Assembly (NCBI GenBank): GCA_038231135.1 | Contig: JBBRLX010000008.1 | Location: forward strand, 32,001-96,000 | Source: Candidatus Eiseniibacteriota bacterium | Lineage (GTDB): Bacteria; Eisenbacteria; RBG-16-71-46 | Direction: 5' to 3' | Length of the DNA: 64,000 nucleotides | Shown: positions 37,783-47,300 of the stretch, one piece after another | Numbering within the stretch: the stretch's first letter is position 1 | Layout of the letters: each line of letters begins with the position of its first letter | Translations under genes and position numbers: made by a program | Notes under the pieces: generated by a model | What the model was told of the DNA's origin: nothing | Database searches by the model: none | What the model saw: only the letters and a program-made list of their open reading frames with translations

Positions 37783-38751
37783 TTGAGGAATGTGCTTCGA
37801 GCAACGCTCGTGCTGGTCGTGCTGCTGACGGCGGCGGTCGCCGCTGCCGATCCCGTCGCGTTTGTGGTCGCGATGAAGGGCTCGGTCACCGTGACACCCG
37901 CGAAGGCCACGGTCGCGGTGAAGGCCTCACTCGGCAAGCCACTCGAGCGCGGCGACAAGGTGAAAGTCGGTCCCGGCGGCAGCGCGTCGTTGTTTTTCAG
38001 CGACGGCAACGTCGTCGAGCTCGGCGCCGGCAGCAGCATGACCGTGGGCGGCAAGCTCGCGTCCGTGGGAGCCGACGCCAAACGTGTGGGCCCCGGCTCG
38101 GACGCGTCGGCCGAGGTGTTCAGCCGCGTGTCGAAGTTCATCACCAGCAAGAACCGGCAGTCCGGCGTCGTCGCGCTGTCGCCCATGCGCGGCGGCGGAG
38201 ACGAGCCGTCGCCGATCGCAGTGTCGCCACGCCGCAGCGCGCTGCTCACCGGCAAGCCCGCGTTCGTATGGCGCACGGTGCCGCAGGCCACGCGCTATCA
38301 GGTCACCATCTCCGCCGACGAAGGTCAGGCGTGGACGCGCGAGGTATCGGATACGAGCCTCGCCTATCCCGCGGACGCAGCCGAGCTGGCCGCGGGAGCC
38401 GACTACGTGTGGCAGGTGCGGGCACTGTCGGACACCGGCCCATTGCGTGACGACGAGTCCACGTTCCATGTATTGTCCACAGGCGAAGCCGACCAGGTGC
38501 GCGAGCATCTCGGCGGCATCCAGCAGGCCGCGGGCGACTCCACGGCGGCGGGGTATTACCTCGCCGGCTCCTACCTAGTGGGACGCGGCCTCTACGTTGA
38601 CGCCGCGCACGAGTTTCAAGTGCTGACCCGGCTCGATCCCGCGTCGCCGGGCCCGCACGAAGCGCTGGGCAACGTGTATCGGACCGTGGGGCTGACAGGA
38701 CAGGCCGAGGCCGAAGAGGCTCGCGCCAAGAACCTGGGCGGCGGCAACTGA
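37783..38751 (+). CDS. Secreted FecR-like / DUF928-like / TPR protein
   Basis: TTG after AGGAGA; signal peptide; LERGDKVKVGPGGSASLFFSDG (FecR-like); PAFVW...LAYP...LAAGADYVWQV; C-terminal TPR. Confidence 0.7.
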   Translation: MRNVLRATLVLVVLLTAAVAAADPVAFVVAMKGSVTVTPAKATVAVKASLGKPLERGDKVKVGPGGSASLFFSDGNVVELGAGSSMTVGGKLASVGADAKRVGPGSDASAEVFSRVSKFITSKNRQSGVVALSPMRGGGDEPSPIAVSPRRSALLTGKPAFVWRTVPQATRYQVTISADEGQAWTREVSDTSLAYPADAAELAAGADYVWQVRALSDTGPLRDDESTFHVLSTGEADQVREHLGGIQQAAGDSTAAGYYLAGSYLVGRGLYVDAAHEFQVLTRLDPASPGPHEALGNVYRTVGLTGQAEAEEARAKNLGGGN

Positions 38752-38923
38752 CGACTGGCTGAGGGCGGCGCGGGGACTGCAACCGCGCGGCGGGCACCGA
38801 AGACGGACCGAGTGTGGCGTGGGGACAGGGCCCTGCGCTCCCGTCCATCCCCCCGGCGCTCACGCGTGTCCCGCTCGCCCCGGCCGGGCCTTCCACAGGC
38901 GGTGTGCTAGGCTCCGAACGCCG

Positions 38924-40633
38924 ATGGAGCCCACCCGCGTTTCCCATTTCGAGCTCATCCGCCGCATCGGTCGCGGCGGCATGGGCGAGGTCTACGAGGC
39001 GACGGACCTCAAGCTGCGCCGCCGGGTGGCAATCAAGTTCCTGTCCTCGGAACTCGCGCTCGACCCCGCAGCACTCACGCGCTTCGAGCGCGAGGCGCTG
39101 GCCGCCGCCGAGCTGAACCACCCGCACATCGCGACCGTGTACGCGTTCGAGCAGGACGGCGACCGGCCGTTCATCGCTATGGAGTTGCTCGCCGGCCCGA
39201 GCCTGCGCGACCACATCGCAGCGGGCACTCTGCCGGTTGCCGAGGCGCTCGCGATCGCGCGCGACGTGGCCGCGGCGCTCGCCTACGCGCACCGGCGCGG
39301 TACCAGCCATCGCGACATCAAGCCCGAAAATCTGATGTTCGACGAGCACGGCGAGATCAAGATCATGGACTTCGGCCTTGCGCGCGCGTCGATGGCGTCG
39401 AAGCTCACGGTGACCGGCACGAGCCTCGGCACACCCGCCTATATGTCGCCCGAAGCGCTGCGCGGCGAGACCGGCCCTGCGGGCGACGTGTTCGCGCTCG
39501 GCCTCGTGCTGTACGAGATGCTCGCCGGGCACCGCGCCTATCCCGGTGACAACGCCATGGCCGTGATGTTCGCGATCGCGAACGAAGCGCCGCCGCCGTT
39601 GCGCGGCGTCCGGCCGGAAGTGACGGACGAAGTCGAATCGCTGGTAACGCGGCTGCTGGCGAAGGACCCCGCGCAGCGGCTCGAAGCGGCGGCAGCCGCG
39701 AAGGAGTTGGGAGCGCTGACCGGCGTGTCGATGACGGAAGTGCGGGGGCTGGATGCGGCTTTGCGAACCGGCGCGGGCGCCGGCGCTCATTCGGGTGTCG
39801 CGGCATCGGGCCTGCAAACCGTGCCGATCCGCGTCGCCGCGTCTGGCCTGCGCACCGTGCCGATCGGCAATGCCGGGCTCGCGACGTCGAGCGGCGTGCC
39901 GGCGGCGGCGCTCACGGATGTCGCGATCCCGGTGGCAGGGCGCGCGCGGCCACGGCGCTGGATGAGGGTGGGCGTGGCGATCGCGCTGTTCATCCTGATC
40001 GGGGCGGCGGGGCTGGCGATGGTGTCGATGGCGTCCAGGCGGCGCGACCAGGCTCTGGTGATCGAGCAGCGTGGCGAGGCTGCGCGCAAGGCCGGCCATG
40101 GCACGACCGCACGGGCGCTGTTCGAACAAGCGGTCAAGCTGGACCCCGGCCAGGCCGCGGCGCTCATCTACCTCGGTCTATTTGCGATGGACGATCATCG
40201 TTTCGCGGTCGCCGAATCGCTGTTCAACGCTGTGATCGACCATCACCCCAAGGATCCGCAGGTCCTGGCGGGAGCGTTTTATAACCGCGGCGACTGCCGT
40301 CTCGAGACGGATCAGTACGCGGCCGCCGTCGAAGACTTGCGATCGGCGATTGCGCTCGATTCGTCGACCTCCAATGTGTACAACAACCTGGGCTTCGCCC
40401 TGATTCAGAACGGCCAGCCCGACGAAGCGCTCACCGTGGTGAAGCGCGGCATCGCGCGCTTCCCCGGCGAGAAGTACCTGTTCAAGACCGCGGGGCAGGC
40501 CGCGATCCAGCTCGGGGATCCCGCGCAGGCCCTCACGTACCTCGATCACGCGCTGAAGATCGACCCCCATTTCTCGCAGGCCGATTCGCTGCGCGGGCGC
40601 GCGATCGCACTCGTCGCGCCGGGCGGGCAATGA
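38924..40633 (+). CDS. Hanks-type Ser/Thr protein kinase with TM helix and extracytoplasmic TPRs
   Basis: GRGGMGEVY, VAIK, HRDIKPEN, DFG, GTPAYMSPE; TM VGVAIALFILIGAAGLAMV; TPR repeats. Confidence 0.94.
   Translation: MEPTRVSHFELIRRIGRGGMGEVYEATDLKLRRRVAIKFLSSELALDPAALTRFEREALAAAELNHPHIATVYAFEQDGDRPFIAMELLAGPSLRDHIAAGTLPVAEALAIARDVAAALAYAHRRGTSHRDIKPENLMFDEHGEIKIMDFGLARASMASKLTVTGTSLGTPAYMSPEALRGETGPAGDVFALGLVLYEMLAGHRAYPGDNAMAVMFAIANEAPPPLRGVRPEVTDEVESLVTRLLAKDPAQRLEAAAAAKELGALTGVSMTEVRGLDAALRTGAGAGAHSGVAASGLQTVPIRVAASGLRTVPIGNAGLATSSGVPAAALTDVAIPVAGRARPRRWMRVGVAIALFILIGAAGLAMVSMASRRRDQALVIEQRGEAARKAGHGTTARALFEQAVKLDPGQAAALIYLGLFAMDDHRFAVAESLFNAVIDHHPKDPQVLAGAFYNRGDCRLETDQYAAAVEDLRSAIALDSSTSNVYNNLGFALIQNGQPDEALTVVKRGIARFPGEKYLFKTAGQAAIQLGDPAQALTYLDHALKIDPHFSQADSLRGRAIALVAPGGQ
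39797..39868 (+). repeat. Two imperfect 36-bp tandem units encoding VAASGL(Q/R)TVPI(R/G)
   Basis: gtcgcggcatcgggcctgcaaaccgtgccgatccgc followed by gtcgccgcgtctggcctgcgcaccgtgccgatcggc. Confidence 0.85.
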
Positions 40634-41985
40634 TGCCGTTTCCCGAGGGCTTCCTGTGGGGCGCCGCGACCGCGGCGTATCAGATCGAAGGCTCGCCGCT
40701 CGCCGACGGCGCCGGTTCCAACATCTGGCACCGGTTCTCGCATACCCCCGGCCGCGTGGCGAACGGCGACACCGGCGACGTGGCGTGCGATCACTACCGC
40801 CGCTGGGCCGAGGACATCGAGTGGGTGACGCGCCTCGGGCTGCGCTCCTATCGCCTGAGCATGGCGTGGGCGCGCGTGCTGCCCGACGGCCGCGGCCGCG
40901 TGAATCCCGCCGGCATCGACTTCTACTCGCGGCTCGTCGACGCGCTGCTCGCGAGCGGCATCCAGCCGTTGATCACGCTCTATCACTGGGACCTGCCGAG
41001 TGCCGTCGACGACCGCGGCGGCTGGCTGAATCCCGACGTCGCCCACTGGTTCGCCGACTACGCCGACGTCGCGTTCCGCGCACTCGGCGACCGCGTGCCC
41101 ATGTGGGCCACGCTCAACGAGCCGTGGGTGGTCGTCGACGGCGGCTACCTCTATGGCGTCCACGCCCCCGGCCACCGCAATCTGTACGAGGCGCCGATCG
41201 CGGCGCACAACCTGATGCGCGCGCACGGCGCCGCGGTGCAGCGCTATCGCGCCGGGGGCTGGCAGCATCGCATCGGTTACGTCGTGAACCTCGAGCCCAA
41301 GGACCCGGCGAGCGAGTCGGTGGAGGATGTCGCCGCGTGCGCGCGCTCGGACGCGTACATGAACCGCCAGTATCTCGATCCCGTATTCCTCGGCCGCCCC
41401 ACCGAGAATCTGCGTGAGATCTTCGGTGACGCGTGGGTTGAGTTCCCCGCGGCCGACTACGAATTGATCCGGCAGCCGATCGACTTTCTGGGGGTGAACT
41501 ACTACACGCGCGGCGTGATGCAGCACGACGCCACAATGTGGCCCATGCACGCGAGCAAGGCGCCGCAGCCCGGACTCCACACCGAGACGAACTGGGAGGT
41601 CTACCCCGAGGGCCTCACGCGCGCGCTGTGTTTCGTGAAGGAACGGTACGGGGACATTCCGCTGTACGTCACCGAGAACGGCGCCGCGTTTCCGGACCCG
41701 CCGACCGTTGCGGGCGAGTTACTGGAGGATCCCCTGCGGGTCGCGTACTACCGCGACCACCTGAACGCCGCGCTCGAAGCGATCCGCCGCGGCGTGAACC
41801 TGCGCGGCTACTACGCGTGGTCGCTGCTCGACAATTTCGAATGGGCGAGCGGGTTTTCGAAGCGGTTCGGGTTGCTGCACGTCGACTATGCGACGCAGAA
41901 GCGGATGCTGAAGGCGAGCGGAGAGTTTTACGCGAGGGTTGTGCGCTCGAATGGCGCCGAGCTGGCGACCCTGGGGTTGTCCTGA
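40630..41985 (+). CDS. GH1 beta-glucosidase (cytoplasmic)
   Basis: FLWGAATAAYQIEG, TLNEP (acid/base), YVTENG (nucleophile), WSLLDNFEW; no signal peptide. Confidence 0.96.
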   Translation: MMPFPEGFLWGAATAAYQIEGSPLADGAGSNIWHRFSHTPGRVANGDTGDVACDHYRRWAEDIEWVTRLGLRSYRLSMAWARVLPDGRGRVNPAGIDFYSRLVDALLASGIQPLITLYHWDLPSAVDDRGGWLNPDVAHWFADYADVAFRALGDRVPMWATLNEPWVVVDGGYLYGVHAPGHRNLYEAPIAAHNLMRAHGAAVQRYRAGGWQHRIGYVVNLEPKDPASESVEDVAACARSDAYMNRQYLDPVFLGRPTENLREIFGDAWVEFPAADYELIRQPIDFLGVNYYTRGVMQHDATMWPMHASKAPQPGLHTETNWEVYPEGLTRALCFVKERYGDIPLYVTENGAAFPDPPTVAGELLEDPLRVAYYRDHLNAALEAIRRGVNLRGYYAWSLLDNFEWASGFSKRFGLLHVDYATQKRMLKASGEFYARVVRSNGAELATLGLS

Positions 41986-42067
41986 CCTCATCCGGAGCAG
42001 CAAGAAAGGCTCTCGGCTAGGTTGCCAAGAGCCCATCTCCCAAGAACGACATCGCACGGCGAAGTTC

Positions 42068-43072
42068 CTACCGGTAACGATACTTGATCGTTCCCCAGCT
42101 GGACGTCTTGGCGGCAGTCGCCGCGTTACGGGCGAATTTCTGAATTCGGTGATTATTCAGGTCCGCGACAAAGATGTCGCCGGCGGCATCCACCGCGACC
42201 CCCGCGACAAAATCGAACTGGCCATCGCCGGTTCCATGGCTCCCGAACTCGTAGAGCGGGGTGCCGGCGCTCGAGAACACGTGGACCTTGTCGGTGGCGT
42301 CACCGGCAATGTAGACGTTGCCACCGGCATCCTTCGCCATCGAACCGGGATTTGAGCAACTCCATTGAGTCACCAGATCTCCGGTTGTCGTATATTCCCT
42401 TACGGCGTTGGTGTCGTAGTCTCCCACCAACAAATTCCCCGAATCGGTCATCAACAGCCCGCCCACCCTGATGTTGGGGCCGGTCCACTCTTCGCCCGGG
42501 TCGCATGTCGTCGACCAAGATCCCCACTTTGTGATGAACAGGCCGCTATCAGTGAACTTTTCGACGCGGCCGCCGTTGTTTGTGTTGTCTCCCACGTACG
42601 CGTTGCCCGAATTGTCCAAAGCAATCGCTGTCGGCGACATGAACTGACCATCGCAGGCTCCCCACGAGCCCCATAGTTGAATTAAGGATCCGCTCGGGGT
42701 GAATTTTCGAACCCGCTGATCCGTGAGGACGTAGATCGTTCCATCGCCGGCGATGGTCAATCCGAAAGGATGGGCTAAGGGGGTGTCCCCATAGACGCTC
42801 CACTCACCGAGGTACTTGCCGTCCGTGGTGAATTTTTGGACGCGGTTGTTGCCATGGTCGACCACGAGGAGATGGCCATCAGAATCGATCGCCATTTGCG
42901 CGGGCCAGTGGAATTGGCCGGGACCGGAGCCCAGGCTTCCCCATTGCGCGGCCAGGGCAACCGGCTCCACGGCGCTCGCCCGCTGCGGCGTTGACATGAC
43001 GACCCACACAGCCAGGAGAAGCCAGGACGTGCTTCGAACGCTCTTCACCACGGACACGGACAACCTCCTCAT
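42068..43072 (-). CDS. Secreted NHL-repeat beta-propeller with a C-terminal SWGxxKxxYR tail
   Basis: Signal peptide; repeated GxGxGQFxxPxxxAxDxxGxxxVxDxxNxRxQKF units; ends TAAKTSSWGTIKYRYR*. Confidence 0.88.
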   Translation of the reverse strand: MRRLSVSVVKSVRSTSWLLLAVWVVMSTPQRASAVEPVALAAQWGSLGSGPGQFHWPAQMAIDSDGHLLVVDHGNNRVQKFTTDGKYLGEWSVYGDTPLAHPFGLTIAGDGTIYVLTDQRVRKFTPSGSLIQLWGSWGACDGQFMSPTAIALDNSGNAYVGDNTNNGGRVEKFTDSGLFITKWGSWSTTCDPGEEWTGPNIRVGGLLMTDSGNLLVGDYDTNAVREYTTTGDLVTQWSCSNPGSMAKDAGGNVYIAGDATDKVHVFSSAGTPLYEFGSHGTGDGQFDFVAGVAVDAAGDIFVADLNNHRIQKFARNAATAAKTSSWGTIKYRYR

Positions 43073-43195
43073 GAGGGAATAAGTTGGCGGGTTGTTCTGA
43101 TTCTACCACTCTTGAAGCCGTCAACGATACCCCCCCCCGCATAACCTATTGTGCTGCATAGCACTATGCCGCCGCAAATCAGCTGGCTGGGTGAA

Positions 43196-43486
43196 TCATG
43201 AATGGCCTTTGAGTTTCGCGGCGAGTCGGTCCACAGACCCCTTGAGCGAGACCACTCCGGCATCGATCTCGGCTTTGATCTTCTCCGCCGTGGGTCCGAC
43301 CGCAGCCTGTAGCTCCTTTTGTTTTGCCTCGAGCTGCTGCTTGGTCGCCCTGAGCGTCTTGATCGCTTCGATCTCCGCCTCTGCGCTCTTCTCCCTGGCC
43401 CGCGCCTCAAATAACTCGAGCTGAGCCTTCACCTGCTGCAAATGCGAGTCGATCGCTTCGTGGTACCGCTTCAGATCCGCATCCAT
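43196..43486 (-). CDS. Small coiled-coil protein (sll1863-like)
   Basis: ATG after AGGAGGG; 96-aa charged amphipathic helices. Confidence 0.7.
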   Translation of the reverse strand: MDADLKRYHEAIDSHLQQVKAQLELFEARAREKSAEAEIEAIKTLRATKQQLEAKQKELQAAVGPTAEKIKAEIDAGVVSLKGSVDRLAAKLKGHS

Positions 43487-43521
43487 GATGTTGCCCTCCT
43501 GGATTGTGAGGCGTTCAAGTG

Positions 43522-44292
43522 TCAGTGACTCTTCCGCGCCGCCCGCTGCGGGAACACCAGCAGGCATGCCGCGACGAACACGAGCAACGCAGCCGACCCC
43601 CAGTAGCGGCTCAGTGCCAATCCTCCATGTGCGATGGGCTTGTCGATAAAGTCTCCCAGTACGGCGCCGAGTGGCCGGGTCAGAATGAACGCGGCCCAGA
43701 ACAGCGCGGTGCGGGAGATCTTCGTCCACAAGTACGCGGCGAGGATCAGGGCCAGCAGCCCGCCGAAGATGACCGCGGCGCCGGTGTAGCCCATCCCCAT
43801 GCTGTCGGCGGTCCAGTCACCCAGCGCCGTGCCCAGGGTCTGGGAGAACATGATCGTGACCCAATAGAACATCTCGGCCTTGGGCGAGCTCACGGTGTCC
43901 ACCGATACCGTGCCCATCGTTCGATACCAGATGAACAGGGACGACAGCAGCAGGGCGAGCAGGATCGAAGAGCCGCCGGCGTACCCGATGCCGAGCGAGC
44001 GGTCGGCGAAGTCGGCGAGCGTGGTGCCGACGGTGGTCGTGGCGATGATGGTCGTCCAGTACAGGAACGGATGGAAACGCTTGAATGTGATCTGTGCGCC
44101 GACAGCGGCCAGGAACACGACAGCGAAGATCGCCGTGGCGACGAGATAGCCCAGGTTCATCGACATCGAAACGGCGTCCCCGCCAATTTCGCCCAGCGTG
44201 GTGGCCGCGATCTTGAGGACCCAGAACAGCAGCGTCACCTCGGGCACCTTGCTCACTGCGTGCCGTGCCTGGCTGGCCAGATCGTTTTGCAA
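43522..44292 (-). CDS. COG4705 / DUF347-repeat membrane protein
   Basis: SKVPEVTLLFWVLKIAATTLGE, FSQTLGTALGDW, FWAAFILTRPLGA. Confidence 0.9.
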   Translation of the reverse strand: MQNDLASQARHAVSKVPEVTLLFWVLKIAATTLGEIGGDAVSMSMNLGYLVATAIFAVVFLAAVGAQITFKRFHPFLYWTTIIATTTVGTTLADFADRSLGIGYAGGSSILLALLLSSLFIWYRTMGTVSVDTVSSPKAEMFYWVTIMFSQTLGTALGDWTADSMGMGYTGAAVIFGGLLALILAAYLWTKISRTALFWAAFILTRPLGAVLGDFIDKPIAHGGLALSRYWGSAALLVFVAACLLVFPQRAARKSH

Positions 44293-44345
44293 TTCCGGAC
44301 CGATGCTCTCGGCCTGATGCAGTTTGGTATTCAGAACGCACCCCG

Positions 44346-47300
44346 CTATTTCAAGATGAGGACCGCGGGCACTCTCCGCACCGTCACCGCCCCCTGCGAC
44401 CCGACCGGAACGGTCACCACGCCGAGTACCGCCCGGCGGAACGCCTTTGCCGACGGGGCTTTCACAACGATCCCACCGCGCGGCACCCGCACTCCCTTAC
44501 CGATCCTCACCACCACGGAATCTCCCGATGCGTGCATCGAGTAGCTCAGGAGCCCGTGCGGCGTTGGCAAGTCTCGTACCGTGACGCCGGGTGATGTGTT
44601 CACCCACTCCAGCGGCACACCGGCGCCGATCACGAGCGCACTGTCCGCCTCGCGTTCGTAGGCGAACATGGTGAGCACCGAGCGCACGAAGTCCGAGCCC
44701 ACCCAGGTGTGTGGCATGTCGCCGATAAAGCGCGGGTGACGCGGATCGTGATCGACCACCTCGGCCCACTGGGCCCATCCCGCGGGGCGGCGGTACTTCA
44801 TGAACCAGTCGAGCGCCGCGTTCGCGCGATCGCGCCAGCCCAGCTCGACAAACGCGCCGATCGTCCTGACTTCATAGGGCGTGAAGGCGTCCCACGTGTC
44901 GGTCTTGCGGCGCGTTTCGAAAAACTCCCAGTACTTCTCGAACGTGCGTTGCAACGCTCCCGGGGGCAGCGCGGCCGCGGCGTCAACGGGGTCGAGCGCG
45001 ATCGTCGTCGACGTGGCGTCGAAGTCCCCGAGATCGGCGCAACCGGGGATGTAGTCGATGTGATGCTTCGCCATCGCGGCGCCGATCGACGCGCGCAGGT
45101 CACGCTGGAACTCGTCGCGGACGTTGCTCCAGCGCCTGCGCTCCGGCTCGCGGCCGGTGTACTGCGCGAGCCATGCGGCGTCCTTGAAGCCACGCAGCGC
45201 AAACAGGTCGTCCCAGTAGGAATGCATGGGCTTCGCCGAATAGCCCTCGTGGCTGATCGAGGGCGGCAGCAGGCCATGGAACTCGCGGTTCGCCGGAGTG
45301 CTCCATTCCCGCGTGAGGCGCTCGTGACGGAGAGAATCGAGGTACGTTGCCGCCCGCGCGACGACCGGCCACATCTTCACGGCGAATGCCCGGTCGCCGG
45401 TGTAGCGCACGTAGTCCGCGATCGCGAAGATCAGCTCGCCGCTGCTGTCGTGCTCGGGCACGGGATCGGCGCCGCGCGCGTCGACACAGCATGGCACCTT
45501 GCCGTTCGGGTACTGGTGCGCCGCGAACCACTCGACAAACTCGCGCACGGTCTTGGGGTCGCCGGTGCGCAGCAGCGCCGAGGACGTGAGTGCCCCGTCG
45601 CGAATCCACGACCGCTCGTAGGACCGCGAGCCGGGCTGGATCGCGGGGCCGTCGCGATTGACCTGAATCCAACCGATCTGGGCGTTCAGCGTACGCAGGA
45701 CTTCGGCGCCCGCCGGCGGCAACTCGATGTGCGGCAGGTGCAGTGCGGTATGCCAGTAGCTGGCGTCACCCAGCACGGGCTCCACCGACCGCAGGGACGA
45801 ATCCCGTGTCGCGCGGCTCCCGCCCATAGGTCTGATCGCCGCGATTCTCAGGAGGATCGTGCGGTCACCGTGCGCGGGCAACTCGAGGTCGTACGCCAGC
45901 GCACCCGACGCGTGGCCGAACGGATCGTCCACGCGCTGACTCTTCGGCAGCCTGTTTTCGCGCATGAACTCCACGATGTCGCCCTGATCGAACGTGGCCG
46001 CGCCGAATGCCGTGGGCGGCGTCAGGCTCGTGAGCACGCGATTGCCGTTCACGCGCACCATGCTGCCATTGCGCTCGAGGCTCATGATCGTCGCGACGCC
46101 GCCCGGGGTGTTGAGGAACTGGGTCGGCGGATTCACCTGGAACGGCCGCATCGCCAGATTCAGGGTCGCGCGTACGGGAACGTCGCTCAGGTTCCGCACG
46201 CGATAGCTCAGCGCGAACGCGGCTTCACCGTCGATGTGCGAACCCTCATTCAGACCGAAGGCGGTGGTCTCGAGCTCGAGACTGTCGACACGCCACGTCA
46301 CGATCGGAATCGGCAGGTCGCCATCCTCCAGCGACTGCCGCGACGTTACGTCCGCCCACGTCCTCAGCCTGCCGCCGACGCGCAGGAACGGCTCGATCGA
46401 GAACTGCGCCTTGCCCGTCTCGAACGCGCCGTCCTCGCCGAGCAGACCCTCGTCGCGATCGCCCATGAGCCCGACCACGGCCCAGTAGGATTGCTCGCCG
46501 CTCAGGCCGCGGGGGTAGCTGCCGCGCGGGGCATGCTTCGCGATCGCGGCGTAGAAGTTCTCGAGCGTCGCGCCGAACTCGAGCGGCTGGAGCGCCAACT
46601 CGGCGATACCGATGCCGCGGGCGGCCGGCGCCTCCAGGGTCCTCACGCTCAGGAAGCGGGCTTCGGACTCAGGCAGCCACAGCCAGTCGCGGCCGCCGTT
46701 GCCGTTCCTCACCGTGCGCAACTCCGTCCAGCGCCGGGCATCGGTCGAGCCCTCGACCCCGTAGTTCGAGGCCGAGAGATTCGGCCCCCAATCGATCACG
46801 AGGCCGCCGAACTCACGCCCCTCCCCCAGATCGAGCGTGAGCGCAGGCCGTGGATCGCCTGGGGCACTCCGCCACCACGTGGCGACCGCGCCGTCGGCAG
46901 CGAGCGCCGGTCTATGCGCGGGGGCGGACGACGACGCGCTGGCCCGCGGCTCGGGTGGCGTGCCACCGGCAGGGCGCAGCGTTTCGATCGACAGGTCGTC
47001 GAGCCACACGGTGCCCTTGCCGCCGGTGCCGGCGGTGACCGCGAATTCGATCGCCGCGACATGTCGCAGCTCGCCCGGGTTCGGGCCCCACGCGAACGAG
47101 ATCTGACGCTGCTTCGTGGCCAGCGTGTCCCAGTGGGCGGGGAACGCGAGCCGGCGGCGGTTGTACCACCACACGTCGTCGCCGCTCGCGTCGATCAGCT
47201 TGAATTCCAGATCGTTCGGCGTGCACGTGCCCTTCACCGTGAACCGGAACTTGTAGTTCTGGGGCACGTCGAATGACACCGCGCGATGCGCAACGGCGTA

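Noticed and set aside
43139..43170. GCATAAC/GTTATGC as an integron attC core in the islet
   Set aside because: No matching inverse core at a proper distance, no repeat at the other gene ends and no integrase.
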